Positions 36,882 through 47,512 of a stretch of DNA of 64,000 nucleotides are shown here, one piece after another. The first letter of the stretch is position 1; the number at the start of each line of letters is the position of its first letter. The notes under the pieces were generated by a model, which saw nothing but the letters and a program-made list of their open reading frames with translations, was not told the DNA's origin and did no database searches. Source of the stretch: Candidatus Binatia bacterium (GTDB lineage: Bacteria > Desulfobacterota > Binatia > UBA9968 > JAJDTQ01); NCBI GenBank assembly GCA_963666515.2, contig OY762897.2, positions 1,632,001-1,696,000 of the forward strand, in the 5' to 3' direction. A program made the translations under genes and the position numbers.

Positions 36882-38610
36882 GGTGCGTGAGTCTCTCTAC
36901 GTGTTCATCCACCGCGAATCGGAAGGTCTCCAATTCGGGCTCTATTTCGTCACCATCATAGCGATAGTCGCCGGGGATCGATCGGTAGCGGGCGTGGACC
37001 CGCGTGAACAACTCTTCCCTGCGGTCGTTGATCGCGTCCACCGGCTCGACGGGATGGGACAGCGTTTCCTTGAACAGGCTCAACTCGGCGGCCAGGAATT
37101 CCCTGAATTCGTGAATCGCCATCTGCTGCCGGGTGATCTTCTCGAAATGGTACCCCAGGGCGGCGAGGCGGATCGCTTCCGGGAGCAGGCGGGGATGCGC
37201 CTCGGAGACCCTGGCGATGAACCGGTTGAAGGCCGGAAGCTGTTCCCCGGAAAGCCTCTTGCGGAGGCCCATGAGTGCCAGGAACAGGGCCTGCTTGCTC
37301 ATCGGCTTCCGCAGGTGCGAGACGGGTCTGAGGTGCTCGAACAGTGTCAGGCAGCGCTTGAAGTAGTTCTCCAGCGTCGGGTCGTAGAGGGTGGTCATCA
37401 CTCGCCGATATCCATCGATCAGCGTCTTGATATCCATCTGCGGCTTGAAGTTGACGGCCGTGGCGACGGTTCCGATGGATACATCCAACAGCCGGTTCTC
37501 CCGGTACAGGCGCTCGTAAAGGTTCGTGTTCTTCAAGGCGGTCAACAGGTAGATGGCGGCCATCGGAATGCCGGCCTCCTGGATATAGTCGATTTGGGCA
37601 TCAAAAGCGTCCACGCCGTCTTCATCCAGCCCCAGTATGAAGCCTCCCTGGACCTGCATCCCCTTGCCTTGGATCTTGCGCACGGCATGGAGAAGATAGT
37701 TCTCCTCCCGCCGGTCGACGTTCTGCGGCTTCTTTACCTTGAGCAGGGCCTGGGGATTGGGCGTTTCGATTCCGAGGAACACGGCGTCGAACCCCGCGTC
37801 GATCATGAGATCCATCAAGGCGTCCGTCCGGGCCAGATTCACGGACGCTTCCGTGATCAGGGAGAAGGGATAGCCATGAGCCTTTTGCCACTCGGCGATG
37901 ACCGGCAGCAACCTGCCTGCTTCGCGCTTGTTGCCGATGAAGTTGTCGTCCACCAGAAAAAGAGGGCCACGCCAACCCAGTCGATAGACGGCCTTGAACT
38001 CGTTCAGCATCTGCTCCGGCGACTTGGTCCGGGGCACGCGCCCGTAGAGCTTGGTGATGTCGCAGAACTCGCAGTCGAACGGACATCCGCGCGAATACTG
38101 CAGGCACATCGAGTGGTAGGCCTTCATGTCGATGAGGTCGAAGCGGGGAACGGGCGCCCGGGTGACATCGGGCTTCCGCGGCTCCCGGTAGATGGCCTTG
38201 GCCGTGCCGTTCTCGAGATCGCGCAAGAACTCGGGAAAGACCTCCTCGGCTTCGTCCAGAACGAAATGATCGACTCCCTCGATCTCCTCGTGATACGTGG
38301 TGGGATAGGGTCCGCCCGCCACCACGGGGAGGCCGGCCCGACGGCATCGTTCGATGACCGCCTGGAGGGACACTCGCTGAACGATCATGGTGGAGGTAAA
38401 CGCCACATCGGCCCATTCCAGATCCGCCTCCTGCAAGGAAGTCGCGTTCATATCCACCACGCGGAGGTCGTATTCCGGGGGAAACATCGCGGCGATGGTG
38501 AGCAAGCCCAACGGCGGAAAGGCGGCCTTCTGACCCAGCAACTTCAGGGCATACTTGGCTCCCCAATAGGCCGGGGGTTGCTCGGGATAAATGAGAAGGG
38601 CATGCGGCAT
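36874..38610 (-). CDS. swfC: B12-binding radical SAM protein, SwfC-like
   Basis: PPLGLLT, GGPYPT, RGCPFDCEFC, DDNF, GIETP. Confidence 0.8.
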   Translation of the reverse strand: MPHALLIYPEQPPAYWGAKYALKLLGQKAAFPPLGLLTIAAMFPPEYDLRVVDMNATSLQEADLEWADVAFTSTMIVQRVSLQAVIERCRRAGLPVVAGGPYPTTYHEEIEGVDHFVLDEAEEVFPEFLRDLENGTAKAIYREPRKPDVTRAPVPRFDLIDMKAYHSMCLQYSRGCPFDCEFCDITKLYGRVPRTKSPEQMLNEFKAVYRLGWRGPLFLVDDNFIGNKREAGRLLPVIAEWQKAHGYPFSLITEASVNLARTDALMDLMIDAGFDAVFLGIETPNPQALLKVKKPQNVDRREENYLLHAVRKIQGKGMQVQGGFILGLDEDGVDAFDAQIDYIQEAGIPMAAIYLLTALKNTNLYERLYRENRLLDVSIGTVATAVNFKPQMDIKTLIDGYRRVMTTLYDPTLENYFKRCLTLFEHLRPVSHLRKPMSKQALFLALMGLRKRLSGEQLPAFNRFIARVSEAHPRLLPEAIRLAALGYHFEKITRQQMAIHEFREFLAAELSLFKETLSHPVEPVDAINDRREELFTRVHARYRSIPGDYRYDGDEIEPELETFRFAVDEHVERLTHHG

Positions 38611-38614
38611 GGCG

Positions 38615-41600
38615 TCAACGGATGGCGAGGTCTTTCGCGGGGTCCGATTCAACACCGGCCCATGACGGGAAATGCTCCTCCGGGGAATTAGCGAAAACGG
38701 ATGGAGTGCGGCGAACACGACGTCCGCCGGCTACGGACGCATCTTCGGACCCGGCCGCACCCGTCTCGGCCGGATCCTCGGCGGCGTCCTTCTTCCCGTG
38801 GATGATGTCCTGCGCCAACGAGAGCGAGGAAGCCGTGGTCATCAATTCCAGTGCGCTCACCCGGTGGTTGAACTGCGTCTGGATGAAGGTCCCCAACTCG
38901 GCCACCGAGATCGACGTCAGCCCGAAGCTCGACAACGGCTCCTCCACGCCGCCCTCGTCGTGGCCGCAGAGTTCCGCCACCTTGGCGGCGATCTGCGCCA
39001 CCACGGCGTCGACCGTCATCTCCCCGGCCGCCCCCACCTCGAAGGCGTCCTGGTTCGGCAGCAAACGTCCGATGCGCATGTAGTCCGGGGAGTCGACCCT
39101 CCACGCCGGGCTCTCGAACAGGGCCGTGATCAGGTGGTCCCGGTCGGGCATGGAGCGCATGGCGTAGTCCAGGTTGGAGACGGCGAACTGACTGCTCACC
39201 GGCGGAATGCCGGCCGCCCTCATCAGCCGCAGCACCGGGAGGCTGCGCGCGGCCATGCCGGCGTCGGCAACCGCGGCCATGTTGTAGGCCAGACCGGGCA
39301 GGCCCCGCCGCCGGCGGTACGCGGCCAGGCCGTCCAGAAAGGCGTTGGCGGCGCTGTAGTTCACCTGTCCGGGATTGCCCAACACCGAGGAAGTCGATGA
39401 GAACAGCACGAAGTGGTCGAGGGCGCAGGCGGCGGTGGCCCGGTGGAGATGGAGGGCTCCGGAGGCCTTGGGGGCGAAGACCTTTGCCACGGATTCCTCC
39501 GTCATGTCCACCAGCAGGCCGTCGTCGAGCGCGCCGGCCAAGTGAAACACGCCCTTCAGGGGCCTCTTCAATCCGGCGATGCAGCGTTGGACGTCCTCCT
39601 CCACCGCTACGTCGCCCGTTACGATGTCGAATTCGACCTCCTCATCCATGTAGGTCAAGGCGCCCGACCGGCGGATCCAATCGGCATCGCGGCGGCGCTC
39701 TGGATCGCGGTCCATGAGCGTGAGATGGCGAGCGCCGGCGGCCACCAGGTAAGGCAACAATCGCATCCCGAAGCCGCCCAGGCCGCCGGTCACCAGGTAG
39801 GTGGCGTCGGGGTCGAGGAACGGCCGCACTTCGGCCACCGTGAACCCGGCATCCTCGGACGCTTGCGGCGCCTTGAGCACCAGCTTTCCCTGATGCTGGC
39901 CGGTGGTCATCAAGCGCAGCGCCTTTGCGTAGTCCCTGTACGGAAAGACGGTTACCGGCAACGGCGGCAGCGCGCCTTGATCGAGCAGGTCCAGGCAAGC
40001 CTGGGAGAGTTGACGCGTGAGGAACGGGTCGTCGATCATCAAGCGGTCTACGTCGATGGCCGCGAAACGAAGGTTCTTGCGGAAGATGCGCAGACCGAGA
40101 TCGTTGTCCTGGTAGATGTCCACCTTGCCGATCTCGCAATGCCACCCGCCCGGCCGCAGCGCCCGCAGGCACAACTCGACGTGGCGCCCGGCCAGGGAGT
40201 TCAACACGACATCGACGCCCTCGCCGGCGGTGGCTTCCATCAGGCCGTCGTACCAGTCGAAGCGGTGCGAATCGAAGGCCGCGCGTGCGCCCAAAGCCCG
40301 CAATTGATCGCGCTTGCTCTCGCTCCCGGCCGTGGCGTAGATCTCCGCTCCCGCGTGCCTGGCAAGGGCGATGGCGGCCTGCCCGACGCCGCCCATGGCC
40401 GAGTGGATGAGAACGCGTTGGCCCTGCCGCAAGCGGGCCAGGTGGATCAGCGAATAGTAGGCGGTGACGTACACGGACAGCGATGACGCGGCCTCTTCCA
40501 TGCTCAGACGGGCGGGCTTGCCGAAAACCAGGTGTTCGTTGAGCACCACGCGATTGGCGATGCACCCGCCCGTGGTGAACGCCACCTCGTCGCCCACCCG
40601 GCAATGGGCCACGCCCGGACCGACGCGGCGGACGGTGCCGGCGCCCTCGATGCCGACTTCGCGGCCGAGAGCCGAGCGCTCGTACGCCAGCGCCGGCAAC
40701 AACCCCAGGGTCACCATGACGTCGCGGAAGTTGAGGGCGGCTGCCTCCATCTCTATTTCCACGTCGCGCGGCTTCAGCGCCGGAAGCTCGCGGGTCTTCA
40801 TCTCCAGGCCGGTGACTTGGCCCGGGTTGTCCAGGGTGAGCCGGTACGCGGCTTCCTCACCGGCCGGCACCCGCGGGTATCGGTCCCGGATGCTGACCAG
40901 CCGGGGCGCCCACAAACGGTTCCGGCGCACCGCCAATTCGCGCTCGCGTAGATCGCAGCGGGCGAGGCGCGCCAACGTCTCGATATCTTCGGAAGCGCCC
41001 AGGTCCACCAGACGGAACTGGATGCCGGCTTCCTCGCCGACCTCGATGTCCATGCTCCGAATCGCTCCCCACAACGCGCTGCCGCGCGGCTCCGCCACGT
41101 CGAAGGCGGCCCCGTGCGTCACCACGGTCAAGCGGCAAGGATGGTCCGCGTGTTCCATCCTGGCGAGCACCAGGGCCCGGACAAGGGCGATGAGTCGCGC
41201 CGATACCTTCTCGCCCGTCGGATCCTCAGGGTCGCTGCCGCAGAAGAAGTCGATGGCTCGCACGTCGGTGACTTCCGGCCACTCCGCAAGCGACTCGAAA
41301 TCTCCCGCGGCGACGGTCTCCCAGGGGATCCGGCGCAGATCGGGCGCGTCGAGCAGGGAGGCCCAGTCCTCTGCCCAGCTCTCCGCCTCGCCCAGAACCC
41401 ACCGCGGACCAGGAAGATCCCCTGTCTCACGCGCATCCGGACGGGCCTGGGGCGCCTGCAGCAGTGTGGTGCGCCGGCCCGCGCGAACCGTATCCCAGCC
41501 GGCGCCCGGCTCGATGACCTGGCCGTCGTCGTGGCAGACCAGGGCCAAGCCGCCGGCGACCGCCAGCCTGTTCAGGAAACGCCACTGCTCCGGCCCGAAG

Positions 41601-44600
41601 TCCCCGGCATCCCGATGGAGCAGGATGATCTCGGCGGCGCCCGGACGCAGCAGGCCTTCTTCCAGTTCATGCTCAACGGCCGGATCAAGGCTCTCGAAAC
41701 GGAGCGCGACCCCCTGCTGGTGGAAGGCCTCGTAGTGGGTCCGGCTACTCTCCTCGCTGTCGCTGATGAGCCAGAACTCCGACTGTCCGCCCGAATCCGG
41801 GAGCCGCTCGACGCACTGCTTGAGAATCGTCTGGTCGGGTTCGCGACCGCCGGCGAACTCGACGACATGGCAGGCGTAGCCCTGTCCCCGGCCGGACCCT
41901 TCCAGGGCGGCGATCAACCCGGCGGGCTCGATCTCGCCGTCCGGCAGCCGGTCGGCGAGACCCTGGCCGGTGGGAACGAACTTCGGCTGCCAGGAGATCC
42001 CGTGCTTGCTGCGCGGCAGGTCGCCCCAGCGAGGGTTGGATACGAACGATATGTAACTGTCGATGTGGGCGATGAGGCTTCCGGTGGCGTTGTCGTAGAA
42101 ACTCACGCTGCCGCCGGTGGTCTCGCCGTAGTGAACGGTATACTGGCCCTTCTCGTTCACATGGTACCACCCGTCCGCGGGTTTCGTGACGAGGACGGTG
42201 ATGCGCGGCGACGTCGGCGCGCCCAGGAACGTCACGCCTTCGGCCCGTTGCGGTATGGCGAAATGATCGCTGCCGAGCATCAGGTTGTACAGGAATATCT
42301 GGAGGCCTCCGTCCAGCAACGGAACGGACGCGACGTACCCTTCCTCCTTGCCGGTCTCCCACAGGGCCTCGTCCATCTCCACGTCGACAAGATAGGCCCG
42401 GGTGGTCATGTCCATCCGCACCCGCTTCATCGTCCTGAAATTGGGACCGTATTGAAACGTCTCGCTGAGCGCGGCTTCAAAGCGTTCGTAGCAATCGCTT
42501 TCGTCGGCGAGCACCGAGCGCTCGAAGCGGGTCATGTCGATGTCCGCCAGACGGTCCGGCGCCTTCACCGCATGGTCGCCGCTCAAGCGGCGCAGCTTGC
42601 CGCGGCAATGCAACTCGCTCCCCGCGTCGACGTCGAAGGAGCGGGACGAGATCGTGAAGGTGAATTCGCCGGGAGCATTGGAGATCGGGTACACGGCCGT
42701 CTGCAGGCGCACCGGCGTCTTGGGAATGGGACAGGGCTGAAGGAACTCGAGGACTTCGATATGGACCGGATCTCCTTCGAACGCTTCGAGGACCAGTTCG
42801 ATGTAGCCTGCCGCCGGCATGATGGCCGCGTAATGGACGAGGTGCTCCGCCAGCCATGGAAAGTCCTTGTCGGAAAGGCGCGCTTCGAAGAGCATGTGAT
42901 CGGAAGGCACCTTGTGCCCCACCAGCGGACCGTGGGAATATTGGCCCTGCTGGATGAACATCTCGTCATCGCACAGGACGTCGATGGTCGCCTGCTCTTC
43001 TCTCGGATGACCGGGCAGCAAATGGGCGACCGGCTTCGGACGCGGATACTGGGCGGCAAAATCCAGTTCCACGCCGGCCCTGAAAAGCGCCCCCAGCGCC
43101 TCCTGGAAGTTGCGGCAGTCGTCGGCATCACGCATCAACGTCGGAATGGACACCGGGTTCTGAGCATTGTCTTCCAGGCACTGCGCGATGACGGGCTGCA
43201 AGGCGCTGTGGGGCGCGATTTCCAGCACCACGTCGGGCCGGTATTCTCGCTGGATGGTCTCCATCGCCGCGGCGAACCGAACGGGCCGGCGGATATTGGA
43301 CCACCAGTAGGCGCTGTCCAGCCGTTCCGCCCGCTCGCCGGTCACCGAAGAAACGAGCGGAACGTCGGCGTCGATGACGCGTCCGTTCAAAAAGGACAGG
43401 CTCGCCAGCGCGTCGTCCCTGAGCACGTCCATGACGCTGGAATGGAAGGCGATGTTGCCCGGCAGCAGCCGGTTCTGCTGGCGGCGGCGATCCAACTCCG
43501 CGATGATCGGCGCCAGGGCCGCCTCCTTGCCGCAGATGACCGTGCTGGCCGGCGCGTTCTCGCACGCGATCTCCACCCGGGCCGGCCCTTCCTCCGGGCG
43601 AAAGGGAACCCCCAGCGTCTCGAGCAACTCTTCCGCGCCCTGCCTGCCGAGGCCCACGGCCAGCATGCGGCCGGAACCGGACGTGCGCTGCTGCAACGTG
43701 GCGCGATGAAAGACCAGCCGCGTCGCTTCGTCCAGCGAGAGCGCTCCGCAGGCGTAGGCGGCGGCCACCTCGCCGGAGCTGTGGCCGACGACGCAGTCCG
43801 GATAGACTCCCCAGGTCTTAAACAACTCCACCAGCGCGCACTGGAGCATGAAGATGACCGGCTGAGCCAGTTGGACCTCGTCGAGCGCCTCCTGGGGGGC
43901 GGAAAAACAGGCGTCGCGCAACGAGACGTCCGAATACTCCCGCCACCGCTCCTCGATGGCGTCGACGGCGCGCCGGAAAACGGGGTCGGCCTCGTAAAGC
44001 GCGCGGCCGCAACCGGCCCACTGCGTGCCCTGTCCGGAGAAGACCATGACCAGCCGCCTCTCGCCCGCTTCCATCGTGGCAACCGGTGAAGGGTCCTCCG
44101 CGAAGGCGTCCAGCGCCGCCTCCAGCTCCTTTCGGCTGCGGACCGCGAAGGCCGTGCGGACGGGGAAGTGGGTGCGGCGGCGGCCGAGATTGCCCGCCAG
44201 CGTATCAAGGTCGATGTCCGCTCCGGCGAGCGCTTCGCGCAGTTGCGCCGCGCTCCGCGTGAGCGTGGCGGTCGTGCGGGCCGACAGCGGAATCATGAAG
44301 CCCGCCTCCGGCGCCGGGGCCGCGGACCAGACCCGCGGCCGGGCCGGGCGATACTCCCCCACCACGCAGTGCCCGTTGGCGCCGCCAAAGCCGAAGGAGT
44401 TGATGCCCACCACCACCGGATGGTCCGGAAAGGGTTCACAGGCGGTCTGCACCTGCATGGGGCAACGCTCGAAGTCGATCTCGGGATTCGGCACCAGAAA
44501 ATTCCTGGAGATGGGCGCAAACGTGCGCCGTTGCATCATCAGGACGACCTTGAGCAGGGCGCAGTGGAAGGCCGCGGCCTCCATGTGACCCATGTTGCTC

Positions 44601-45658
44601 TTGACGCTGGCGATCCGTAGCGGAACCGCGCGATCGGAACCGCCGAACGCTTCCGCGATGGCGTTTCCTTCGATGCGGTCACCCACCACGGTGCCGGTGG
44701 CATGGGCCTCGATATAGTCGAAATCCGTTGGCGCGCGGCCGGCGCGGACGCAGGCCGTGCGCATCAGCTCCATCTGTGCGTGACGCGTCGGCGCGGTGAT
44801 GTAACGCCCTTGAGCCAAGCCGGCGGCGCCGTCCGCGCTGCCGGCCGCGTTGACCGCGGTGGCCTCGACCACGGCATGGATGGGATCCCCGTCGCGTTCC
44901 GCCGCGGCCAAGGGTTTGACGGCGTACACGAACGCCCCTTCCGAGCGCATGTACCCATTGGCCTCCGCGTCAAAGGAATGGCACTTGCCTTCCGGGCTGA
45001 TGACACCCAGCGCGTTGAAGGAAGCACTCACCCTGGCTGTGCCCAGGTAGTTGACGGACCCCACCACGGCCTGCTCGCAGTCGCCGTAACGGAGGGCGCT
45101 CACCGCCGAGTGCAGGGCGGTCAGGCTGGCCGAACACGCGGTGCAATAGGTCGTTGACGGCCCCATCAGATTGAAGTGGTATGAGATGCGATTGGCCAGC
45201 ATGGCCAAGCTGATGCTCATGACGTCGAACTGGGTGGAGCCGTACAGGGAACGCCAGTTGGCCACTGGCGGAACCTGCGCGCCGATGAAGACGCCGGTGG
45301 CGCTGTCGCGCAAGGAATGAAGATCCCAGCCGGCCCGCTCGAAGGCCTCCCAGGCGCAACTCAGCAACATCCTGACCTGGGGGTCCATGGCCAGCATCTC
45401 GTTGTGGGACAGTCCGAAGAAACCCCGGTCGAAGAGCTTTTCGACGTCGTCGCGAATCAGCCCCTCGTAGGGACTGGCAAAGCGGCCCGGGCCGGAGAAC
45501 CCGCCGATGGGCTGGTAGCCCCTGCCGTAGCGGCCGGTCACCGGCTCCCTGACGATCTCCCGTTCGCTGAGCAGACGCCAGAAGTCGTCGTCGGTGCGGA
45601 TGCCGCCGGGCATGCGGTAGCTGTATCCGACGATAGCAACCGCGTCTTCGGGCTTCAT
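38615..45658 (-). CDS. swfA: Mono-modular type I PKS/FAS (KS-AT-DH-ER-KR-ACP), SwfA-like
   Basis: KS TACSAS/HATGT/KSNMGH; AT GHSSG/AFHS; DH WLAEH...P and LDG; ER HSAMGGVG; KR GGLGGFG/YSAAN; ACP GLTS. Confidence 0.88.
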   Translation of the reverse strand: MKPEDAVAIVGYSYRMPGGIRTDDDFWRLLSEREIVREPVTGRYGRGYQPIGGFSGPGRFASPYEGLIRDDVEKLFDRGFFGLSHNEMLAMDPQVRMLLSCAWEAFERAGWDLHSLRDSATGVFIGAQVPPVANWRSLYGSTQFDVMSISLAMLANRISYHFNLMGPSTTYCTACSASLTALHSAVSALRYGDCEQAVVGSVNYLGTARVSASFNALGVISPEGKCHSFDAEANGYMRSEGAFVYAVKPLAAAERDGDPIHAVVEATAVNAAGSADGAAGLAQGRYITAPTRHAQMELMRTACVRAGRAPTDFDYIEAHATGTVVGDRIEGNAIAEAFGGSDRAVPLRIASVKSNMGHMEAAAFHCALLKVVLMMQRRTFAPISRNFLVPNPEIDFERCPMQVQTACEPFPDHPVVVGINSFGFGGANGHCVVGEYRPARPRVWSAAPAPEAGFMIPLSARTTATLTRSAAQLREALAGADIDLDTLAGNLGRRRTHFPVRTAFAVRSRKELEAALDAFAEDPSPVATMEAGERRLVMVFSGQGTQWAGCGRALYEADPVFRRAVDAIEERWREYSDVSLRDACFSAPQEALDEVQLAQPVIFMLQCALVELFKTWGVYPDCVVGHSSGEVAAAYACGALSLDEATRLVFHRATLQQRTSGSGRMLAVGLGRQGAEELLETLGVPFRPEEGPARVEIACENAPASTVICGKEAALAPIIAELDRRRQQNRLLPGNIAFHSSVMDVLRDDALASLSFLNGRVIDADVPLVSSVTGERAERLDSAYWWSNIRRPVRFAAAMETIQREYRPDVVLEIAPHSALQPVIAQCLEDNAQNPVSIPTLMRDADDCRNFQEALGALFRAGVELDFAAQYPRPKPVAHLLPGHPREEQATIDVLCDDEMFIQQGQYSHGPLVGHKVPSDHMLFEARLSDKDFPWLAEHLVHYAAIMPAAGYIELVLEAFEGDPVHIEVLEFLQPCPIPKTPVRLQTAVYPISNAPGEFTFTISSRSFDVDAGSELHCRGKLRRLSGDHAVKAPDRLADIDMTRFERSVLADESDCYERFEAALSETFQYGPNFRTMKRVRMDMTTRAYLVDVEMDEALWETGKEEGYVASVPLLDGGLQIFLYNLMLGSDHFAIPQRAEGVTFLGAPTSPRITVLVTKPADGWYHVNEKGQYTVHYGETTGGSVSFYDNATGSLIAHIDSYISFVSNPRWGDLPRSKHGISWQPKFVPTGQGLADRLPDGEIEPAGLIAALEGSGRGQGYACHVVEFAGGREPDQTILKQCVERLPDSGGQSEFWLISDSEESSRTHYEAFHQQGVALRFESLDPAVEHELEEGLLRPGAAEIILLHRDAGDFGPEQWRFLNRLAVAGGLALVCHDDGQVIEPGAGWDTVRAGRRTTLLQAPQARPDARETGDLPGPRWVLGEAESWAEDWASLLDAPDLRRIPWETVAAGDFESLAEWPEVTDVRAIDFFCGSDPEDPTGEKVSARLIALVRALVLARMEHADHPCRLTVVTHGAAFDVAEPRGSALWGAIRSMDIEVGEEAGIQFRLVDLGASEDIETLARLARCDLRERELAVRRNRLWAPRLVSIRDRYPRVPAGEEAAYRLTLDNPGQVTGLEMKTRELPALKPRDVEIEMEAAALNFRDVMVTLGLLPALAYERSALGREVGIEGAGTVRRVGPGVAHCRVGDEVAFTTGGCIANRVVLNEHLVFGKPARLSMEEAASSLSVYVTAYYSLIHLARLRQGQRVLIHSAMGGVGQAAIALARHAGAEIYATAGSESKRDQLRALGARAAFDSHRFDWYDGLMEATAGEGVDVVLNSLAGRHVELCLRALRPGGWHCEIGKVDIYQDNDLGLRIFRKNLRFAAIDVDRLMIDDPFLTRQLSQACLDLLDQGALPPLPVTVFPYRDYAKALRLMTTGQHQGKLVLKAPQASEDAGFTVAEVRPFLDPDATYLVTGGLGGFGMRLLPYLVAAGARHLTLMDRDPERRRDADWIRRSGALTYMDEEVEFDIVTGDVAVEEDVQRCIAGLKRPLKGVFHLAGALDDGLLVDMTEESVAKVFAPKASGALHLHRATAACALDHFVLFSSTSSVLGNPGQVNYSAANAFLDGLAAYRRRRGLPGLAYNMAAVADAGMAARSLPVLRLMRAAGIPPVSSQFAVSNLDYAMRSMPDRDHLITALFESPAWRVDSPDYMRIGRLLPNQDAFEVGAAGEMTVDAVVAQIAAKVAELCGHDEGGVEEPLSSFGLTSISVAELGTFIQTQFNHRVSALELMTTASSLSLAQDIIHGKKDAAEDPAETGAAGSEDASVAGGRRVRRTPSVFANSPEEHFPSWAGVESDPAKDLAIR

Positions 45659-45708
45659 GCCTTCCCTCTATCTTCAAAGGTCCGAGCCGGGGGCGGCTCC
45701 CGAGCCGT

Positions 45709-46005
45709 TCACTGGCTGGACTCTTCAATCACCTCGTTCAGGGTCACCTCGGCTGCGTTGAACATGTCCGCAAGAATCTGTTGGCGGCGCGCCTTCAGCC
45801 GTTGAACCCGTTGCCACAACGCGTCCTTTATCCGGGTGACCGCCTGCTCCCGCGTCTCGGCGGAGAGAGTGACGTTGTTCCTGAACTCGTACTTCTCCAC
45901 CGTGAACTCGGCGATGTCGAGAATGTTGTCGCCAACAACGTTCAGGTCCACCGAGCTGCGAATCCTTCCGATCTTTTCTTCCGTGTCCTTGTGGTGATCA
46001 GTCAT
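45709..46005 (-). CDS. Hypothetical helical protein
   Basis: RBS GGAGG, ATG 46005, co-oriented between STAS and PKS. Confidence 0.6.
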   Translation of the reverse strand: MTDHHKDTEEKIGRIRSSVDLNVVGDNILDIAEFTVEKYEFRNNVTLSAETREQAVTRIKDALWQRVQRLKARRQQILADMFNAAEVTLNEVIEESSQ

Positions 46006-46036
46006 CGTTTCCTCCCGGGTTTGATGTGAACCGACA

Positions 46037-46384
46037 CTACTCGTTTTCAAACGCCTTCACCGCCGCCGCCTGCGAATCGTAGACCGGGATGACCTTGTCA
46101 AAGCCGCTGACTTCCACGATGCCGCGGACCGCTTCCTGAAGCGCGCAGATGGCAAAGCTCTTTTCCGGCTCGTTGAATTTCTTGGCGATGCTCAGCGCGA
46201 CCCTCAGGCCGGCGCTGCTGAGGAAGGTCACGTGCTCGAAGTCGAGGATCAGGGCCTTGTCCGACGGATCGACTCCGCTTTCCAGCATGCGCTCGAACAG
46301 GTCCGCGTTGGCGCCGCTGAAACGACCGACCAGCATCGCGATCACGATACCGCCCTTCCGGCCCCACTTGATGTCGATGTCCAT
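46037..46384 (-). CDS. STAS domain anti-sigma factor antagonist
   Basis: LDF..V.FLSSAGLRV, SGFDK motif. Confidence 0.88.
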   Translation of the reverse strand: MDIDIKWGRKGGIVIAMLVGRFSGANADLFERMLESGVDPSDKALILDFEHVTFLSSAGLRVALSIAKKFNEPEKSFAICALQEAVRGIVEVSGFDKVIPVYDSQAAAVKAFENE

Positions 46385-46444
46385 GGCTTTCAACTCCTTT
46401 CCACCCGGACGGCGGCTGAAGCCTGCGACCCACGCCTGGATCGC

Positions 46445-47512
46445 CTACGGGTGTATGGTCTCCAGGAACCAGTCCGTGGGAATCTCCCTGCCGAGTCCCT
46501 CCTGCTTCGCCAGTTCCAGCACCCGCGCCCCCACCGCGGCGAACTGGATGCCCATGCCGACGTTGTTCTTGTAAACGGTGATGTCGGCGTCGCGGGTCCG
46601 GCCCGTGGCCCCGCCGATCATCAGCTCACCCAACTCGTGGATCTTGTCCCAGCCGAACACCCCTTCCTCGATGGGCTTCAGCAGGTCGGGATGGCCAGCG
46701 TACTCGGACTGGGCGCGGGAATTGATGACGATCACGTCGGCCCGGCGCAACGTCGCCTCGTCCAGCTCGATACGCTTGACCGATTCGTCGCTGTTCACGA
46801 TGGAGCCCACGTGGGCGCCATCTTCCAGCCACTCGCCCCTGAACGTCGGCTCGTTGGTGTTGGTGGCGGACATGACGATGTCCGAGCCCACCACCACGTC
46901 CCTGGGATCGTCCATCGCGCTCACCGGTATCCCCAGGCGCTCGTTCCATTCCGCGGCGAACGCCCGCCGGTGCTCCGGGGTCGGACTGAAGACCTTGACC
47001 TTGTCGAGCTTCCGCACCTTGGCGATGGCTTCGATGTGCGCCCCCGCCTGGAGGCCCGAGCCGAAGAGCCCCAGCACCCGGGCGTCCTCGCGGGCCAGGT
47101 ACTTCACGCCCAGGGCGCTGGTGGCCCCCACCCGGGTCTTCTGCAGGAATCCGTCCTGGATGATCGCCAGGGGCTCGCCGGTTTCGAGGCTGAAGAGCTG
47201 GATGAGCCCCACGTACTTCCTGCCGGGTGCAGCCGGAACCTTCTCCTGCCGTACCAGACCGGAAACGGTGGGAAAGTGGACGATATCGGAGGAGAGCCGT
47301 AGCGCCATGACCCCGAAGCGGGGAACGGCGCCGTTCATGGTCTTGAGACGGTAGGACTGCCTGGAGCTCTCCAACGAGACGTACGTGTGGGTGCGAAGCT
47401 GGTTGACCGCGATTCCCCGGCCCAGGTCCTGGAAGGCCTGCTCCACGGCCTCCAGACAGTCATCCATGGTGAGCACCTTCTCGACGTCGTCGTTGCTCAG
47501 GATGTGGGTCAT
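46445..47512 (-). CDS. Ornithine cyclodeaminase/mu-crystallin family protein
   Basis: RVGATSAL..KYLAR, GLFGSG.QA, GMGIQFAA. Confidence 0.85.
   Translation of the reverse strand: MTHILSNDDVEKVLTMDDCLEAVEQAFQDLGRGIAVNQLRTHTYVSLESSRQSYRLKTMNGAVPRFGVMALRLSSDIVHFPTVSGLVRQEKVPAAPGRKYVGLIQLFSLETGEPLAIIQDGFLQKTRVGATSALGVKYLAREDARVLGLFGSGLQAGAHIEAIAKVRKLDKVKVFSPTPEHRRAFAAEWNERLGIPVSAMDDPRDVVVGSDIVMSATNTNEPTFRGEWLEDGAHVGSIVNSDESVKRIELDEATLRRADVIVINSRAQSEYAGHPDLLKPIEEGVFGWDKIHELGELMIGGATGRTRDADITVYKNNVGMGIQFAAVGARVLELAKQEGLGREIPTDWFLETIHP

Noticed and set aside
41114-44089. 991-aa plus-strand ORF and similar long ORFs (4552-6654, 11909-13771, 19090-20757, 25425-27005, 26896-28905, 36880-38691, 60514-62772)
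   Set aside because: Antisense shadows of well-supported genes in high-GC DNA; no recognisable motifs
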